Source of the DNA: Candidatus Nomurabacteria bacterium GW2011_GWE1_32_28
GTDB lineage: Bacteria > Patescibacteriota > Minisyncoccia > Phycocordibacterales > UBA9973
Reading direction: 5' to 3'
Length of the DNA: 64,000 bases
Assembly (NCBI GenBank): GCA_000989515.1
Contig: LBOM01000004.1
Location: forward strand, 56,149 to 120,148
The translations under genes and the position numbers were made by a program. Position 1 is the stretch's first letter; each line of letters opens with the position of its first letter. A model generated the notes under the pieces. The model did not search any database. It saw nothing but the letters and a program-made list of their open reading frames with translations, and had not been told where the DNA came from. Below are positions 21,611 to 32,809 of this stretch, piece after piece.

Positions 21611-22360
21611 ATGCAAACTACGAATTTGAAGTCACAAGAAAAAGAAAATAATATTAAAGATACTTCTGTAAATATTGAAAAAATGTTTGAAGTAGGTGCC
21701 CATTATGGATACGGAAAGTCAAGAAGACATCCTTCTGTCTCTTCATATATATATGCCACCAAAAACAGCAGTGATATTATAGACCTTGAAAAAACAAGCA
21801 CAATGCTTAAAGATGCTTTAGAATTTGTTAAGAATTTAGGTGCTCAGGGCAAAACTATTCTTTTTGTTGGTTCAAAGCCTGAAGCTAGAGATATAATCAA
21901 AAATTCAGCATTAAGTTTAGATATGCCTTATGTTGATATACGTTGGATCGGGGGAACGTTAAGTAATTTTACAGAAATCAAAAAAAGAATTGCTGAACTT
22001 GAAAAATATAATAAAGAAAATACAGAAGGTGGACTTGAAAAATATACTAAAAAAGAAAGAGTAGTCATGGCAAAAAAAATGGAAAAACTTACAAAATTTT
22101 ATGGAGGGTTAATTGGTCTTAAAAAAACACCAGATGCTTTATTTATTATTGATTCAAAAGCAGAACATATAGCTGCAACAGAAGCAAGAAAATCAAACGT
22201 CCCTGTTGTTGCATTAGCAAATTCTGATTCAAATATAAAAGGTATAGACTACCCTATCGTTGCCAATGATTCTGGAATACCATCAATAAAACTTTTTACC
22301 ACTTATATCATTAATGCTTACAATGAAGGTTCAAAATCTTTAGCTGTAAAAGAAAAATAA
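21611..22360 (+). CDS. rpsB: 30S ribosomal protein S2
   Basis: MFEVGAHYGYGKSRRHPS.., ..IDSKAEHIAATEARKSNVPVVALANSD; start at ATG 21611 rather than TTG 21575. Confidence 0.85.
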   Translation: MQTTNLKSQEKENNIKDTSVNIEKMFEVGAHYGYGKSRRHPSVSSYIYATKNSSDIIDLEKTSTMLKDALEFVKNLGAQGKTILFVGSKPEARDIIKNSALSLDMPYVDIRWIGGTLSNFTEIKKRIAELEKYNKENTEGGLEKYTKKERVVMAKKMEKLTKFYGGLIGLKKTPDALFIIDSKAEHIAATEARKSNVPVVALANSDSNIKGIDYPIVANDSGIPSIKLFTTYIINAYNEGSKSLAVKEK

Positions 22361-22365
22361 ATAAT

Positions 22366-23145
22366 ATGTCTATAGATGTAACACTCTCTTTAATAAAAGA
22401 ACTTAGAGATACGACAGGTATCTCTGTTATGCAATGTAAAAATGCACTAGAAGAAGCCGAAGGAGACATGGAAAAAGCTCTCGCAATCTTAAAAAAAACA
22501 AGTTCTGATATTGCTTTAAAAAAAGCAGGAAGAGATGCAAAAGACGGAAGAGTTTATATTAAATCAGAAAATAAAAAATCTATATTAATTGCTCTTCATT
22601 GTGAAACTGATTTTGTATCTAAAAATGAAGATTTTATAAATCTACTTTCAAACTTAGCAAATAAAGTGTCCAATGAAGGTATTGAAAAAACAAAAGAAGA
22701 AGCCACAGAGATGATTAATCCTGTAATACAAAAAACAGGAGAAAAGATAGAGCTTGGTGATATATATGAGATAAAAGGAGAAATACTAGGAAATTATGTA
22801 CACAATCATAAGGTTGCTGTTGTGGTATCATTAGAAAATGGAAATGAAGAATTAGCTCGTGATATTGCTATGCACATAACAGCAATGAAACCAGAATATA
22901 TATCAAAAGATGAAATAACGGAAGATGTCAAAAAAACAATTACAGAAATTTTTGAAAAAGAAGTTTCTGAAATAAACAAACCAGAAGACATCAAAAAGAA
23001 AATGTTAGAAGGGAAAATAAATACTTACTTTAAAGAAAAAACATTACTCAGCCAGACATTTATAAAGAATGGAGATGAGACAATAGAACAACTTTTAGAT
23101 AAAAACAAGGCAAAAATAATAGAAGTCAAACGTTATTCAATTTAA
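22366..23145 (+). CDS. tsf: elongation factor Ts
   Basis: LIKELRDTTGISVMQCKNALEEAEGDMEKA (UBA-like N-terminus), directly downstream of rpsB. Confidence 0.85.
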   Translation: MSIDVTLSLIKELRDTTGISVMQCKNALEEAEGDMEKALAILKKTSSDIALKKAGRDAKDGRVYIKSENKKSILIALHCETDFVSKNEDFINLLSNLANKVSNEGIEKTKEEATEMINPVIQKTGEKIELGDIYEIKGEILGNYVHNHKVAVVVSLENGNEELARDIAMHITAMKPEYISKDEITEDVKKTITEIFEKEVSEINKPEDIKKKMLEGKINTYFKEKTLLSQTFIKNGDETIEQLLDKNKAKIIEVKRYSI

Positions 23146-23154
23146 GTATATATT

Positions 23155-23568
23155 ATGTATTTACCTTTTACTTTTTTATTTCTTTCACTTATTGGTATTA
23201 TCTTAATGATAGCGCGTGAATTGGTATTAGTTAGAAATGGTCAAGTAAGTGCGGTAGAACATTCTCACCCTTTTGTTCCAGACCTGCAAAGAATAAAAAA
23301 CTTAACATTTAAAAAAAGTAAGGAAATTGGCTATATTATTCTTTTTATAACACTTAGATTTTTCATCAAATCTTCAAATTTTATAAAAACAAAAAGTATA
23401 ATATATATAAAAAAAATAAAAGATAAAATTAGTAAAAAAAATAGTATATCCAACAATGAAACAATACAAAAAAAAGAAGTAGCAAAATATCTAGAGATAA
23501 TTTCAGAATACAGACAAAAGATAAAAAAAATTAAACATATAATAAAAGAAGAAGAAGGAATAGAATAA
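23155..23568 (+). CDS. hypothetical small membrane/K-rich protein
   Basis: 137-aa ORF with N-terminal TM helix, low complexity. Confidence 0.35.
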   Translation: MYLPFTFLFLSLIGIILMIARELVLVRNGQVSAVEHSHPFVPDLQRIKNLTFKKSKEIGYIILFITLRFFIKSSNFIKTKSIIYIKKIKDKISKKNSISNNETIQKKEVAKYLEIISEYRQKIKKIKHIIKEEEGIE

Positions 23569-23588
23569 TATATCAAAATAGAAAATAA

Positions 23589-23661
23589 GCCGCTTTAGCT
23601 CAGTTGGTAGAGCAACACTTTTGTAAAGTGAAGGTCCTCAGTTCGAATCTGAGAAGCGGCT
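23589..23661 (+). tRNA. tRNA-Thr (anticodon UGU)
   Basis: acceptor gccgctt/aagcggc, D arm gctc-agttggta-gagc, anticodon loop tttgtaa, T arm ctcag-ttcgaat-ctgag, discriminator U; CCA not encoded. Confidence 0.85.
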
Positions 23662-23704
23662 CAAGTAAAACTCTTAAAAACTAAAAGCAGCTAGTTTATA
23701 TTTT

Positions 23705-24400
23705 CTAGTTTTTTATAGGAATTGTTTCTTCTAGTTTTATGTCTTGAAGCTTAAAAGATTCTTTCACACGAGATTCTAGCTCTTCTATGCTATGAAAACC
23801 AGTTAATACGTCTCCATCAATAACAAGAGCAGGTAGTTTTGTATCTTCTATTTTATAAATTTGAAGCATAGATTTTACAGCCGAAAGATCAATACTATAA
23901 TCAAAAGAATAAACACGAAGTTCTGGATATTTATCTCTTAGGTTGGAAAGTACCACACCCTCTCTTTCACACTCACTACAGTTTTCTGCTGTTGTGTAAA
24001 AATAGAGAATAAAAGCAGCTTTTGTTTTACATCTCTCGGAAATCTTTTTTGTTAAAAGATAATCTTTGATTTGTAAAAGTGAGTAATATTTTTTTAGATA
24101 TGAAACTGTATCAGTCGTACCTAAATTATCTTGCCCCCATTCTAATTTGCGACCTAGCTCGCCAAGTTCACCTGAAATAATAGAATCAGAAATATTTTTG
24201 CAAGAAAGTTCTGAAAGTAATGAAAATTGAGTCTCAGAAGAAAGAATATCAATAGATATTTTATCTTGAATTAATTTCAATTGATCAATCTTTTTATTTC
24301 CGAAATAATTACTAATATAACTAGCACTTAAAAAAATACCCAAAGTAAATAAAAAGACTATTAAATATTTTTTCCAATCTATGTGATGATTTTGTTCCAT
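23705..24400 (-). CDS. membrane-anchored thioredoxin-fold protein (CxxC)
   Basis: N-terminal TM helix; FYTTAENCSECEREGVVL. Confidence 0.5.
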   Translation of the reverse strand: MEQNHHIDWKKYLIVFLFTLGIFLSASYISNYFGNKKIDQLKLIQDKISIDILSSETQFSLLSELSCKNISDSIISGELGELGRKLEWGQDNLGTTDTVSYLKKYYSLLQIKDYLLTKKISERCKTKAAFILYFYTTAENCSECEREGVVLSNLRDKYPELRVYSFDYSIDLSAVKSMLQIYKIEDTKLPALVIDGDVLTGFHSIEELESRVKESFKLQDIKLEETIPIKN

Positions 24401-24428
24401 ATTTTTTAATTCATAATTTATAATTAAA

Positions 24429-25673
24429 CTACCTCCAGGCTGGTTTTCTGGATAGAATCGTATTAAAAATTGCCTTTAAAAGCCAAAATGGGCCAACTAT
24501 ACTGAAAATTAAAATATAAAGAATCATATTAAAAGAAAGATTCCATTTTCCTTCGGACATTTTTTTACCTATCATTATAGAGAAAATAATTAATAAAAAT
24601 AATAGAATACCAATAAAAGATAAAGATTGAGTGTTTATAAAAAATGGATCAAAATGACTTATATTGTAATTAAAATTAAAACCAACATCTTTAAATTCTA
24701 AAACTTTCAAAAATAAAAATTTACCAAAACTATAGACTGTTTTTCCAAAAATAAAAGTAACTGCAACTACAGACATAATATTAAAAGGCAATGAAAAAAG
24801 TGAAAAATTGCCATATTTTTTTTTAAAAATCATACTACGATAATCGATCGTATTATTTATAAATCCATAAATCCAACGTAATCTTTGTTTATAAAGTTTT
24901 TTTATGGTTCCCGGAGTATTGGTATAAACATAAGCATCATTACATTGTTTTATTTTATAGTTATTCTTTTGCATACGATATGCAATTTCCATGTCTTCTG
25001 TATTATGTGCATGACGATATGGTCCTAAATCATCAAACACCTTCCTATTAAAAATAGTAAGAGGTCCTGGAGTAACATGAATAGCCCCTAAAAAACTAAG
25101 CATTTTTTTAACATAAATAGACATATCATATTCAGCTTTTTGTGCATGTTGAATAATGTTTTTAGAATTAATTACTAAAATAGATGGAGAAACAGCCATG
25201 ACGCTAGAATCTTTTTCAAAATAACTCATTATACGCACGAGAGATTCAGGATCAGCAATAGAATCAGCATCTAAACAACCCACATAATCAGTCTCTAGGT
25301 TCTCAAGGCCTACATTAAGTGCAGTATGTTTACCACCATTATCTTTATGAAAAATTTTTATATTTGAAAATTTAGAAAATTTTTGCATAAAATCCCAAGT
25401 TTTATCAGTAGAACCATCATCTATTAGAAATATCTGAATTTTGTTTTTAGGATAATTTAAATTTAACAATGACCGTACTGTCTTATAAATTGTATTCTCT
25501 TCATTCCATGCAGGAACCATAATAGTTACCTTAGGATATTTATAAAGTTTAGTGGAACCATTTCTGTTGGTTATTTCTTTTTTATTGTCTAAGAAGGTTA
25601 TTAAAAAAAATACCTGCACATAAACAGACAAAAAGGAAAAAATATAAAAAATTGAACTTAAAAATAAAGCCAT
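24429..25673 (-). CDS. family 2 glycosyltransferase (membrane, processive-type)
   Basis: VTIMVPAWNEE, IDDGSTD, CLDADS, QRLRWIYG (QxxRW); start placed at ATG 25673 because the longer ORF begins with TTG and runs through a terminator hairpin. Confidence 0.75.
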   Translation of the reverse strand: MALFLSSIFYIFSFLSVYVQVFFLITFLDNKKEITNRNGSTKLYKYPKVTIMVPAWNEENTIYKTVRSLLNLNYPKNKIQIFLIDDGSTDKTWDFMQKFSKFSNIKIFHKDNGGKHTALNVGLENLETDYVGCLDADSIADPESLVRIMSYFEKDSSVMAVSPSILVINSKNIIQHAQKAEYDMSIYVKKMLSFLGAIHVTPGPLTIFNRKVFDDLGPYRHAHNTEDMEIAYRMQKNNYKIKQCNDAYVYTNTPGTIKKLYKQRLRWIYGFINNTIDYRSMIFKKKYGNFSLFSLPFNIMSVVAVTFIFGKTVYSFGKFLFLKVLEFKDVGFNFNYNISHFDPFFINTQSLSFIGILLFLLIIFSIMIGKKMSEGKWNLSFNMILYILIFSIVGPFWLLKAIFNTILSRKPAWR

Positions 25674-25712
25674 ATTATATTGATATAATATAACATTTTG
25701 ACAAAAAACACA

Positions 25713-25750
25713 AACCCCACCTAGATTTAAATCGAGGTGGGGTTTTATCA
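25713..25750. terminator. rho-independent terminator downstream of the DUF378 gene
   Basis: ccccacct-agatttaaatcg-aggtgggg followed by a T-run. Confidence 0.6.
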
Positions 25751-25768
25751 AAAAAATAGCCCTTAAAT

Positions 25769-26050
25769 TTAGACATTCCCATCAATTTTTGAAACTTCTA
25801 CTGTTTCTGTAGTAGTTGTTGAACAAGGAGTACAAACTCCATTTACACACTTTTCACATTTACAATCAAAAATAATCATTATAGATGCTACACCAACAAT
25901 CGTATATATAATTGCCTCAAGAATAGGCATAGAACCAAGAGCTATATTAACAACATTCCATCCACCCGTAGCTCCTAAAAGCATTCCCAACCCAACCAAA
26001 CCCCAATTTATTCCTCCTATAAGAACCAATACTTTAACTATGGCAGACAT
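25769..26050 (-). CDS. DUF378 family small membrane protein with Cys-rich C-terminal tail
   Basis: VLVLIGGINWGLVGLGMLLG; start at ATG 26050 is preceded by aaaaaaGGTG. Confidence 0.6.
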   Translation of the reverse strand: MSAIVKVLVLIGGINWGLVGLGMLLGATGGWNVVNIALGSMPILEAIIYTIVGVASIMIIFDCKCEKCVNGVCTPCSTTTTETVEVSKIDGNV

Positions 26051-26187
26051 AGTACAAACACCTTTTTTACAACAATCTTTATACATAATATTAATCAAAT
26101 TATTTTATAATGTTTTTTCACTAAAACGACAATTTAAGTGATTTTTAATAACACTAAATAATTATACCATATTCTAATTTAGAATAA

Positions 26188-27429
26188 TTAATCAAAATAA
26201 TTTTTAAGTCTAACTATTTTTTCATTTTGTCGAAGCTTCTCATGAACCTTAGCTTCAATTTGACGAATACGTTCACGAGTTACTCCAAACTCTTCTCCTA
26301 CTCTCTCTAGAGTATGCTGAATACCATCAACCAGACCATAACGCATCTCAAGTATCTTACACTCCTTTGGATTAAGTTCATTTAAAACTTCGCGAATTTG
26401 ATCAGATAAAATACGCCTAGAAGATTCTTGGTCTGGTCGCAAAATCTTATCATCTGGAATAAAGTTTTCTAGTGTTGATTTATCATCATCATCCCCTACT
26501 GGTTGTTCAAGAGAAATAGTTTCTTGACTAATATTTTCAATCACATGAATTTTCTCAACAGGAATACCCATTTCTGTTGCAATTTCTTCGGCCAATGGTT
26601 CACGCCCTAGATCCTGACTAAGTCTTCTATATGTTTGTTTATATTTTGAAATAGTTTCTACCATATGTACTGGTATACGAATAGTTCTACTCTGATCAGC
26701 GAGTGCTCGAGTTATAGATTGACGAATCCACCATGTTGCATAAGTTGAAAATTTATATCCCTTTGTCCAATCAAATTTTTCAACTGCTTTAAATAATCCT
26801 AAATTACCTTCTTGAATCAAATCAAGCAGACTCAAATTTGCACTTCTTCCTACATATTTTTTTGCTATTGAAACAACCAAACGTAGATTAGCACGTGCTA
26901 GCAAATTTTTTGCTTCTTCATCTCCTCCTTCTATTCGCTTAGCAAGATCTTTTTCATCAATTGCACGTATAAGAGAATATTGCCCTATCTCCTTTAAATA
27001 CATTTGAATAGAATCATGAATCGTAGATTTATTTAAATCTTTATCAGAAAGATCGTTATCAAGGTTGAGTAAATTTCCACCTTCTAATACATCAATACCA
27101 GCAACTGAAAATTTCTCATAAAGTTCATCTAAAAAGAAAATATTATTTTCAATATCAGGAAAAGTTTTTAATATCTCATCATAAGTAATAAAACCCCTCT
27201 TTCTTCCCTTTTCTATAAGCTCATTAGAAATACGAACAAAAGCGTCTGCCTTTTTTTCTTTGGCTGTTGTTTTTTTTACAATCTTTACTGGTTTTATTAT
27301 CTTTTTAGAAACTTTATTTATTATTTTATTTTTTTTAACTATTTTTTTTGTAATCTTTTTTATTATCTTTTTAGAAACTTTCTTTACCTTAGACTTTAAA
27401 ACTTTTTTATTTTTCATTTTTTTCTTCAT
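26188..27429 (-). CDS. rpoD: RNA polymerase sigma factor RpoD (sigma70) with K-rich N-terminal extension
   Basis: region 2 [36 protein letters not shown], region 4 [20 protein letters not shown]. Confidence 0.9.
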   Translation of the reverse strand: MKKKMKNKKVLKSKVKKVSKKIIKKITKKIVKKNKIINKVSKKIIKPVKIVKKTTAKEKKADAFVRISNELIEKGRKRGFITYDEILKTFPDIENNIFFLDELYEKFSVAGIDVLEGGNLLNLDNDLSDKDLNKSTIHDSIQMYLKEIGQYSLIRAIDEKDLAKRIEGGDEEAKNLLARANLRLVVSIAKKYVGRSANLSLLDLIQEGNLGLFKAVEKFDWTKGYKFSTYATWWIRQSITRALADQSRTIRIPVHMVETISKYKQTYRRLSQDLGREPLAEEIATEMGIPVEKIHVIENISQETISLEQPVGDDDDKSTLENFIPDDKILRPDQESSRRILSDQIREVLNELNPKECKILEMRYGLVDGIQHTLERVGEEFGVTRERIRQIEAKVHEKLRQNEKIVRLKNYFD

Positions 27430-27445
27430 ATAATTTTATGCAATT

Positions 27446-29170
27446 TTAAACTTGTGGTTTATTTTTAAGACGACCATTTTTAATACCTTGTATTTTTTTA
27501 TTAATTTCATCTACTTTTTTTAAAATTTCTATTTCTCCCTCTTTTCCTTTTATATTATATAAATCAACCATATTTTTTGACAACTCTTCTTTTAAATATT
27601 CCTCTTCTATATTTAACAACATCTCGTCTACATCTTTTTGTAAATTTTCATTATTTGAATAAAACTCTTCTGCTTCAGAGACCAAGTCTTCTTTTATATT
27701 TTGATATTTTTCATATACTTTTACTAATTTTTTAAAAATTAATTCTGGATCTATTTTTCTATTTTTTACACTTTCTTGCCAAAAAGCTATCCCAAAAAGT
27801 TTACGTTCAATTGGATCTTTTCTTAATTTTTTTTCTACATTTTCTTTTGCAATTTTTATCTCTTCCTTTTCGTATTTTAATGCAAGCTCAACCTTCTTTA
27901 AATCTTCTATCAAATCACTAGTAGCAATAGAAGATTTACTACTAATTAATTGAATAAATCGTGATTTCTCAATAGAACTTTCTATGTCATTTATAAAAGG
28001 AAGCAATCTTTCTCTAATTTCCTTATCTGTTTTTCTATTGTCAGATATATTGCTCAAGATCCTATCAAGCATAAATTCAATAAAATGTTTAGAATTCTTT
28101 ATAGCTAAACGCCAGGAATCTACACCAACTTTTGAAATTAAATCTGCTGGATCCATACCTTCTGGCATACTAGCAACTTTGACATCCATTCCTAAATACA
28201 AAGCGATTTTAGCAAAACGATTTGAAGCACTTATCCCTGCTTTATCTGCGTCATAAGCTAGAACAATATTTTTTGATAATCTAGTAATTAATCCTAAATT
28301 ATTTATAATATTTTCTTTTGACACAAGTGAGTCAGTCATAGCTGTACCAGAAGATGCTACTGTATTTTTAAATCCCGCCTGATGAGATAAAATCAAATCC
28401 ATTTGACCCTCAACAAGAATAGAAAAATTATTTTTTCTAATTGAATCTTTTGCTTTGTCTATACCAAAAAGCACAGAAGATTTATTAAATATCGGAGTTT
28501 CTGGACTATTTAAATATTTTGCAGATTTTCCATCATCCACAAAAATTCTACCAGAAAAAGCAATAATGCGACCACTTGAATCAGCAATTGGAAAAATAAT
28601 TCTAGCACGAAATCTATCATAAAATCCTTTATCAGTTTTTTTTACTAATCCAGCTTTTTCCATTTCTATATTAGAAAAACCAAGATTACTAAGATAAGAA
28701 TGCAATAAATGCCAGTCATTTTTTATAAAACCAATTCTAAAATCTTTTATCGTTTTTTCATGCAATCCACGAGATTTTAGATACTCTAATACATCACTTT
28801 CTACTATTAAATTTTTTTCAAAAAATCTGGTAGCTTCTTCAATAATTCTATAAAGTTTATCCTTCTCTCCTTCTTTTTCTTTATTAAATTCTGATAAAAC
28901 AACACCAGCTTTTTCAGCTAAAATTTTCAAAGTACTTTTAAAATCAAGCCCTTCGAATTCTTGAACAAAAGTAAATATATCTCCCTTTGCACCACAACCA
29001 AAACAATAATAATTATTACGTTCTGTTGATATAAAAAAAGACGGCGTTTTTTCATTATGAAATGGACATCTGGCTTTAAAATTTACACCAGATCGCTCTA
29101 ATTTTATATAGGAAGAGACTACTTCTTCAATTGAAAGCCTCTCCTTGATTTGTTGAACGGGAGAGTTCAT
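27446..29170 (-). CDS. dnaG: DNA primase
   Basis: zinc finger CPFHNEKTPSFFISTERNNYYCFGCG; TOPRIM EGQMDLIL..DADKAG. Confidence 0.85.
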   Translation of the reverse strand: MNSPVQQIKERLSIEEVVSSYIKLERSGVNFKARCPFHNEKTPSFFISTERNNYYCFGCGAKGDIFTFVQEFEGLDFKSTLKILAEKAGVVLSEFNKEKEGEKDKLYRIIEEATRFFEKNLIVESDVLEYLKSRGLHEKTIKDFRIGFIKNDWHLLHSYLSNLGFSNIEMEKAGLVKKTDKGFYDRFRARIIFPIADSSGRIIAFSGRIFVDDGKSAKYLNSPETPIFNKSSVLFGIDKAKDSIRKNNFSILVEGQMDLILSHQAGFKNTVASSGTAMTDSLVSKENIINNLGLITRLSKNIVLAYDADKAGISASNRFAKIALYLGMDVKVASMPEGMDPADLISKVGVDSWRLAIKNSKHFIEFMLDRILSNISDNRKTDKEIRERLLPFINDIESSIEKSRFIQLISSKSSIATSDLIEDLKKVELALKYEKEEIKIAKENVEKKLRKDPIERKLFGIAFWQESVKNRKIDPELIFKKLVKVYEKYQNIKEDLVSEAEEFYSNNENLQKDVDEMLLNIEEEYLKEELSKNMVDLYNIKGKEGEIEILKKVDEINKKIQGIKNGRLKNKPQV

Positions 29171-29176
29171 ATTTTT

Positions 29177-32100
29177 TTATTCCTCTTCCTTAGAAGAAGA
29201 TTTTTTACTATTAAATCCAGTTCCTGCTGGAATTAATCGTCCAATAATAACATTTTCTTTTAGTCCTCTAAGTGAATCAATTCCCCCCTTGATAGCATTC
29301 TCAATTAGAACACGATTAGTATTTTGGAAAGAAGCAGCTGAAAGCCAACTCTTAGTACGTAAAGATACTTCAGTAATACCAAGAACAATTATTTCTGCTT
29401 TTGCTTCTTGTTGGTTTATTTTAGCAACTCTTTCATTCTCTTCTATAAATGCAGTATTCTCAACAATATCACCAGAAGAGAAATTAGTCTCACCTGAATC
29501 TTTTATTTTTCTTCGTGAAAACATTTGACGAATGATTATTTCAGTATGTTTTCTAGAAATTGAAGCACTTTGAAGTTCATAGACTTTATTAATTTCTCTA
29601 ATTATGTACTCTTCAACTAATTCCTTGCCTCCAAATTTAAATATTTCTCCTATATCTGCTGATCCATCAGTAAGAAGTTCTCCCTTTTTAATTTGTTGTC
29701 CAACTTTTACTATTGGCATCCTACGGAATGGTATCAAATATTCTATTTCCTTTACTTTACTATCTTTATCGTCAGAAAGTACTTTGATTATTTTCTCACC
29801 ATTTCGGCTTGGTAAACCATCTTCTCCTTCTTTATTCTTTATTTCAAAAACTTCTCCATCTGTTTGAGATATTATTGCTGGATTTTTAGGAATCCTTCTC
29901 TCAAAAATCTCTTCAATACGAGGCAAACCTGTAGTTATATCTGTACCTGCAACACCTCCAGCGTGGAATGTACGAAGTGTAAGCTGGGTACCTGGTTCTC
30001 CGATTGCTTGAGCTGCGATAATACCAACTGCTTCTCCTAAATCAACAAGATGATTTCGTCCCAAATCCAAACCATAACACATCTGACAAAGACCATGGGT
30101 TGTACGACATGTAAGTGGTGAACGAACGAATACTTCTTTAAAACCAGCACCCTCTATGTTGTATGCTTCTTCTTTTGTAACCAAAAATCCTTTCTTGTAT
30201 AAAACTTTTCCATCTTTATCTTTCAAGTCACCTGCTAATATGCGTCCACGAATATTTTTTGAAAGAGGAATTTCAATTCCAGATATATTTTCTTTTGTCA
30301 CCATCTTTCCTTCCTTTGTTCCACAATCTTCCTCAGTAATAACAACATCTTGTGCAACATCAACCAAACGACGTGTAAGATAACCAGCCTTAGCAGTATT
30401 AAGAGCAGTATCAGATGCACCCTTACGAGCACCGTGTGTGGTAACGAAATATTCTATTGGAGAAAGCCCCTCAAAATAACTAGGAATAATAGGAAATTCT
30501 AATGTATTACCTTGGTTATTTTGAATAAGTCCTTTCATTCCAGCCATCTGTATCAAAGAAGTCATCGTACCTCTAGCTCCTGAAGTAAATAAATCAAAAG
30601 TAGAACCATTTTTGTCCAGCGTATTAGGAAGAACTTTTTCTAATTCTTTTTTAGCATATGTCCAAATTTCAATAATTTTTTGATATCTTTCTTCTTCTGA
30701 AAGAAGACCGTCATTCCATTCTGAAATTATTTTTTCTTCTGCTTTTCTTCCTTCTTCTATAATTTTTCCTTTCTCTGGTGGAACCTTAACATTGTCTAAA
30801 CCCCATGTTGTACCAGAAAAAGTTGAATATTTAAAACCAAAACTTTTTATTTTATCAAGTATAGGAGGAGTTTTATCTACTCCATAATACATAATAAGCT
30901 CATCAACAAGTGAAGATAATCTTTTTTGATTCATTTCATCACTAACATAGAAAAAATCATTTGGTAAAACACTATTAAAAAGAAGCTTACCAACAGTGGT
31001 ATCAAAAAATTCTCCACCATATTTTTTATATTTATGACTATCTGTTGCTAAAACTTTTATTTTAGCTCTAAGAGACACAACCCCGTATTCATAAGCAGTT
31101 ATAGCAGTATTAGGACTTGAAAAATATTTACCTTCTCCATGCTCTCCATCAACAGATTTTGTCATCCAATAAGAACCGAGCACGATATCTTTACTAGGAT
31201 GAACAATAGGGTCACCATTTTGTGGTTTAAGTAAGTTTTTGTTTGCAGCCATTAATTCCCTAGCTTCTGATTGAGCTTCTTCTAAAAGAGGAACATATAC
31301 AGCCATCTGGTCTCCATCAAAGTCAGCATTAAAAGCCTGACAAACAAGCGGATGTACTTGAATAGCATTCCCTTCAATAAGAATAGGATTAAAAGCTTGA
31401 ATACCCAAACGATGAAGTGTCGGTGCACGGTTTAAGAGAACATATTTTCCCTGGATTACTTCTTCTAGCATTGCCCAAACTTCTGGAGTTCTTTCTTCTA
31501 TGAGTTTGTTTGCACCACGAATATTAAATGCTAGTTCGGCTTGTAAAATTTTAGAAATGACAAATGGTCTAAAGAGTTCAAGTGCCATGTGTTTTGGTAA
31601 TCCACATTGATTTAATTTAAGCTCCGGACCAACAACGATAACAGAACGACCAGAATAATCTACGCGTTTACCAAGTAAGTTTTGCCTAAACAAACCTTGC
31701 TTGGACTTCAAATTATCAGACAGAGATTTTAGTGGGCGTTTTTGAGATTGACTCATTGCAACACTATCATTTTGTTTTGCAATCGAGTTATCAATAAGAG
31801 CATCCACAGCTTCTTGTATAATTCTCTTTTCGTTTCTTAAAATTACATCTGGAGCATTTATTTCCTTTAGTTTCTTTAAACGATTATTTCTGTTTATTAC
31901 TCTACGATAAAGATCATTCAAGTCTGATGTAGCATGACGTCCACCATCGAGTGCCACCATTGGGCGTAATACTGGAGGAATAACTGGAATTATAGTCAAA
32001 AACATCCATTCTGGTCTAATCTCCGCATATGTCATAGCACGAATAAGTGAAAGTCTTTTTTGTAATTTTTCTTTCTCAATAATACTTGCTTTTTCAAGCA

Positions 32101-32809
32101 TTTTTTCTGTATGAGTTTTTAATTTATTTAAATCAAGATTCTTAAAAATAGAATAAATAGCTTCAGCGCCTATATTTGCTTCAAAACAAGTACCGTATTT
32201 TAAAGAATAATGATGAAAAGAAATTTCATTTAAAACTTTTCCTTCATAAATTTCTAAAATTTCTTTTTTAGTAGTAGTAAATAAACCCTTTAATTTTTCA
32301 CGAGTCTCGTCATCAGCAGAATTTTTTAATTTAGCTTTATATTCTTTTTCTAAGCCTTCAAGGATTATTTCTTTTTCATTTTCATGAACTTTGGTAATTA
32401 TATATCCAGCAAAATATATAACCTTCTCAAGGTCAGATACAGATATATTAAGAAGAATACTCATTCTAGAAGGTACTCCTCTTAAAAACCAAATGTGTGC
32501 TACTGGTGTCGCAAGTTCTATATGCCCCATTCTTTCTCGTCTTACAATAGAACGAGTCACTTCAACTCCACACTTCTCACAAATTATATCTTTATAACGG
32601 ATACGACGATATTTTCCACAGTAACATTCATAATCTTTTTCTGGTCCAAATATTTTCTCGTCAAAAAGACCTCCTCGCTCAGATCTGCCAGTACGATAAT
32701 TTATCGTCTCGGGTTTGGTAACCTCTCCATAAGACCAGTCTTTTATTTGCTCAGGTGATGCAAGCTTGAGCGAAATATAATCAAAATCAGTTTTATTTAG
32801 TGTTTTCAT
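29177..32809 (-). CDS. rpoC: DNA-directed RNA polymerase subunit beta'
   Basis: NADFDGDQMAV catalytic motif, Zn-binding CGVEVT, 1210 aa. Confidence 0.95.
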   Translation of the reverse strand: MKTLNKTDFDYISLKLASPEQIKDWSYGEVTKPETINYRTGRSERGGLFDEKIFGPEKDYECYCGKYRRIRYKDIICEKCGVEVTRSIVRRERMGHIELATPVAHIWFLRGVPSRMSILLNISVSDLEKVIYFAGYIITKVHENEKEIILEGLEKEYKAKLKNSADDETREKLKGLFTTTKKEILEIYEGKVLNEISFHHYSLKYGTCFEANIGAEAIYSIFKNLDLNKLKTHTEKMLEKASIIEKEKLQKRLSLIRAMTYAEIRPEWMFLTIIPVIPPVLRPMVALDGGRHATSDLNDLYRRVINRNNRLKKLKEINAPDVILRNEKRIIQEAVDALIDNSIAKQNDSVAMSQSQKRPLKSLSDNLKSKQGLFRQNLLGKRVDYSGRSVIVVGPELKLNQCGLPKHMALELFRPFVISKILQAELAFNIRGANKLIEERTPEVWAMLEEVIQGKYVLLNRAPTLHRLGIQAFNPILIEGNAIQVHPLVCQAFNADFDGDQMAVYVPLLEEAQSEARELMAANKNLLKPQNGDPIVHPSKDIVLGSYWMTKSVDGEHGEGKYFSSPNTAITAYEYGVVSLRAKIKVLATDSHKYKKYGGEFFDTTVGKLLFNSVLPNDFFYVSDEMNQKRLSSLVDELIMYYGVDKTPPILDKIKSFGFKYSTFSGTTWGLDNVKVPPEKGKIIEEGRKAEEKIISEWNDGLLSEEERYQKIIEIWTYAKKELEKVLPNTLDKNGSTFDLFTSGARGTMTSLIQMAGMKGLIQNNQGNTLEFPIIPSYFEGLSPIEYFVTTHGARKGASDTALNTAKAGYLTRRLVDVAQDVVITEEDCGTKEGKMVTKENISGIEIPLSKNIRGRILAGDLKDKDGKVLYKKGFLVTKEEAYNIEGAGFKEVFVRSPLTCRTTHGLCQMCYGLDLGRNHLVDLGEAVGIIAAQAIGEPGTQLTLRTFHAGGVAGTDITTGLPRIEEIFERRIPKNPAIISQTDGEVFEIKNKEGEDGLPSRNGEKIIKVLSDDKDSKVKEIEYLIPFRRMPIVKVGQQIKKGELLTDGSADIGEIFKFGGKELVEEYIIREINKVYELQSASISRKHTEIIIRQMFSRRKIKDSGETNFSSGDIVENTAFIEENERVAKINQQEAKAEIIVLGITEVSLRTKSWLSAASFQNTNRVLIENAIKGGIDSLRGLKENVIIGRLIPAGTGFNSKKSSSKEEE

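Noticed and set aside
24429-25751. Longer GT2 ORF starting at 25751
   Set aside because: Begins with TTG 17 nt after the upstream gene's stop and runs through a strong terminator hairpin (25713-25750); the internal ATG at 25673 begins the TM helix.
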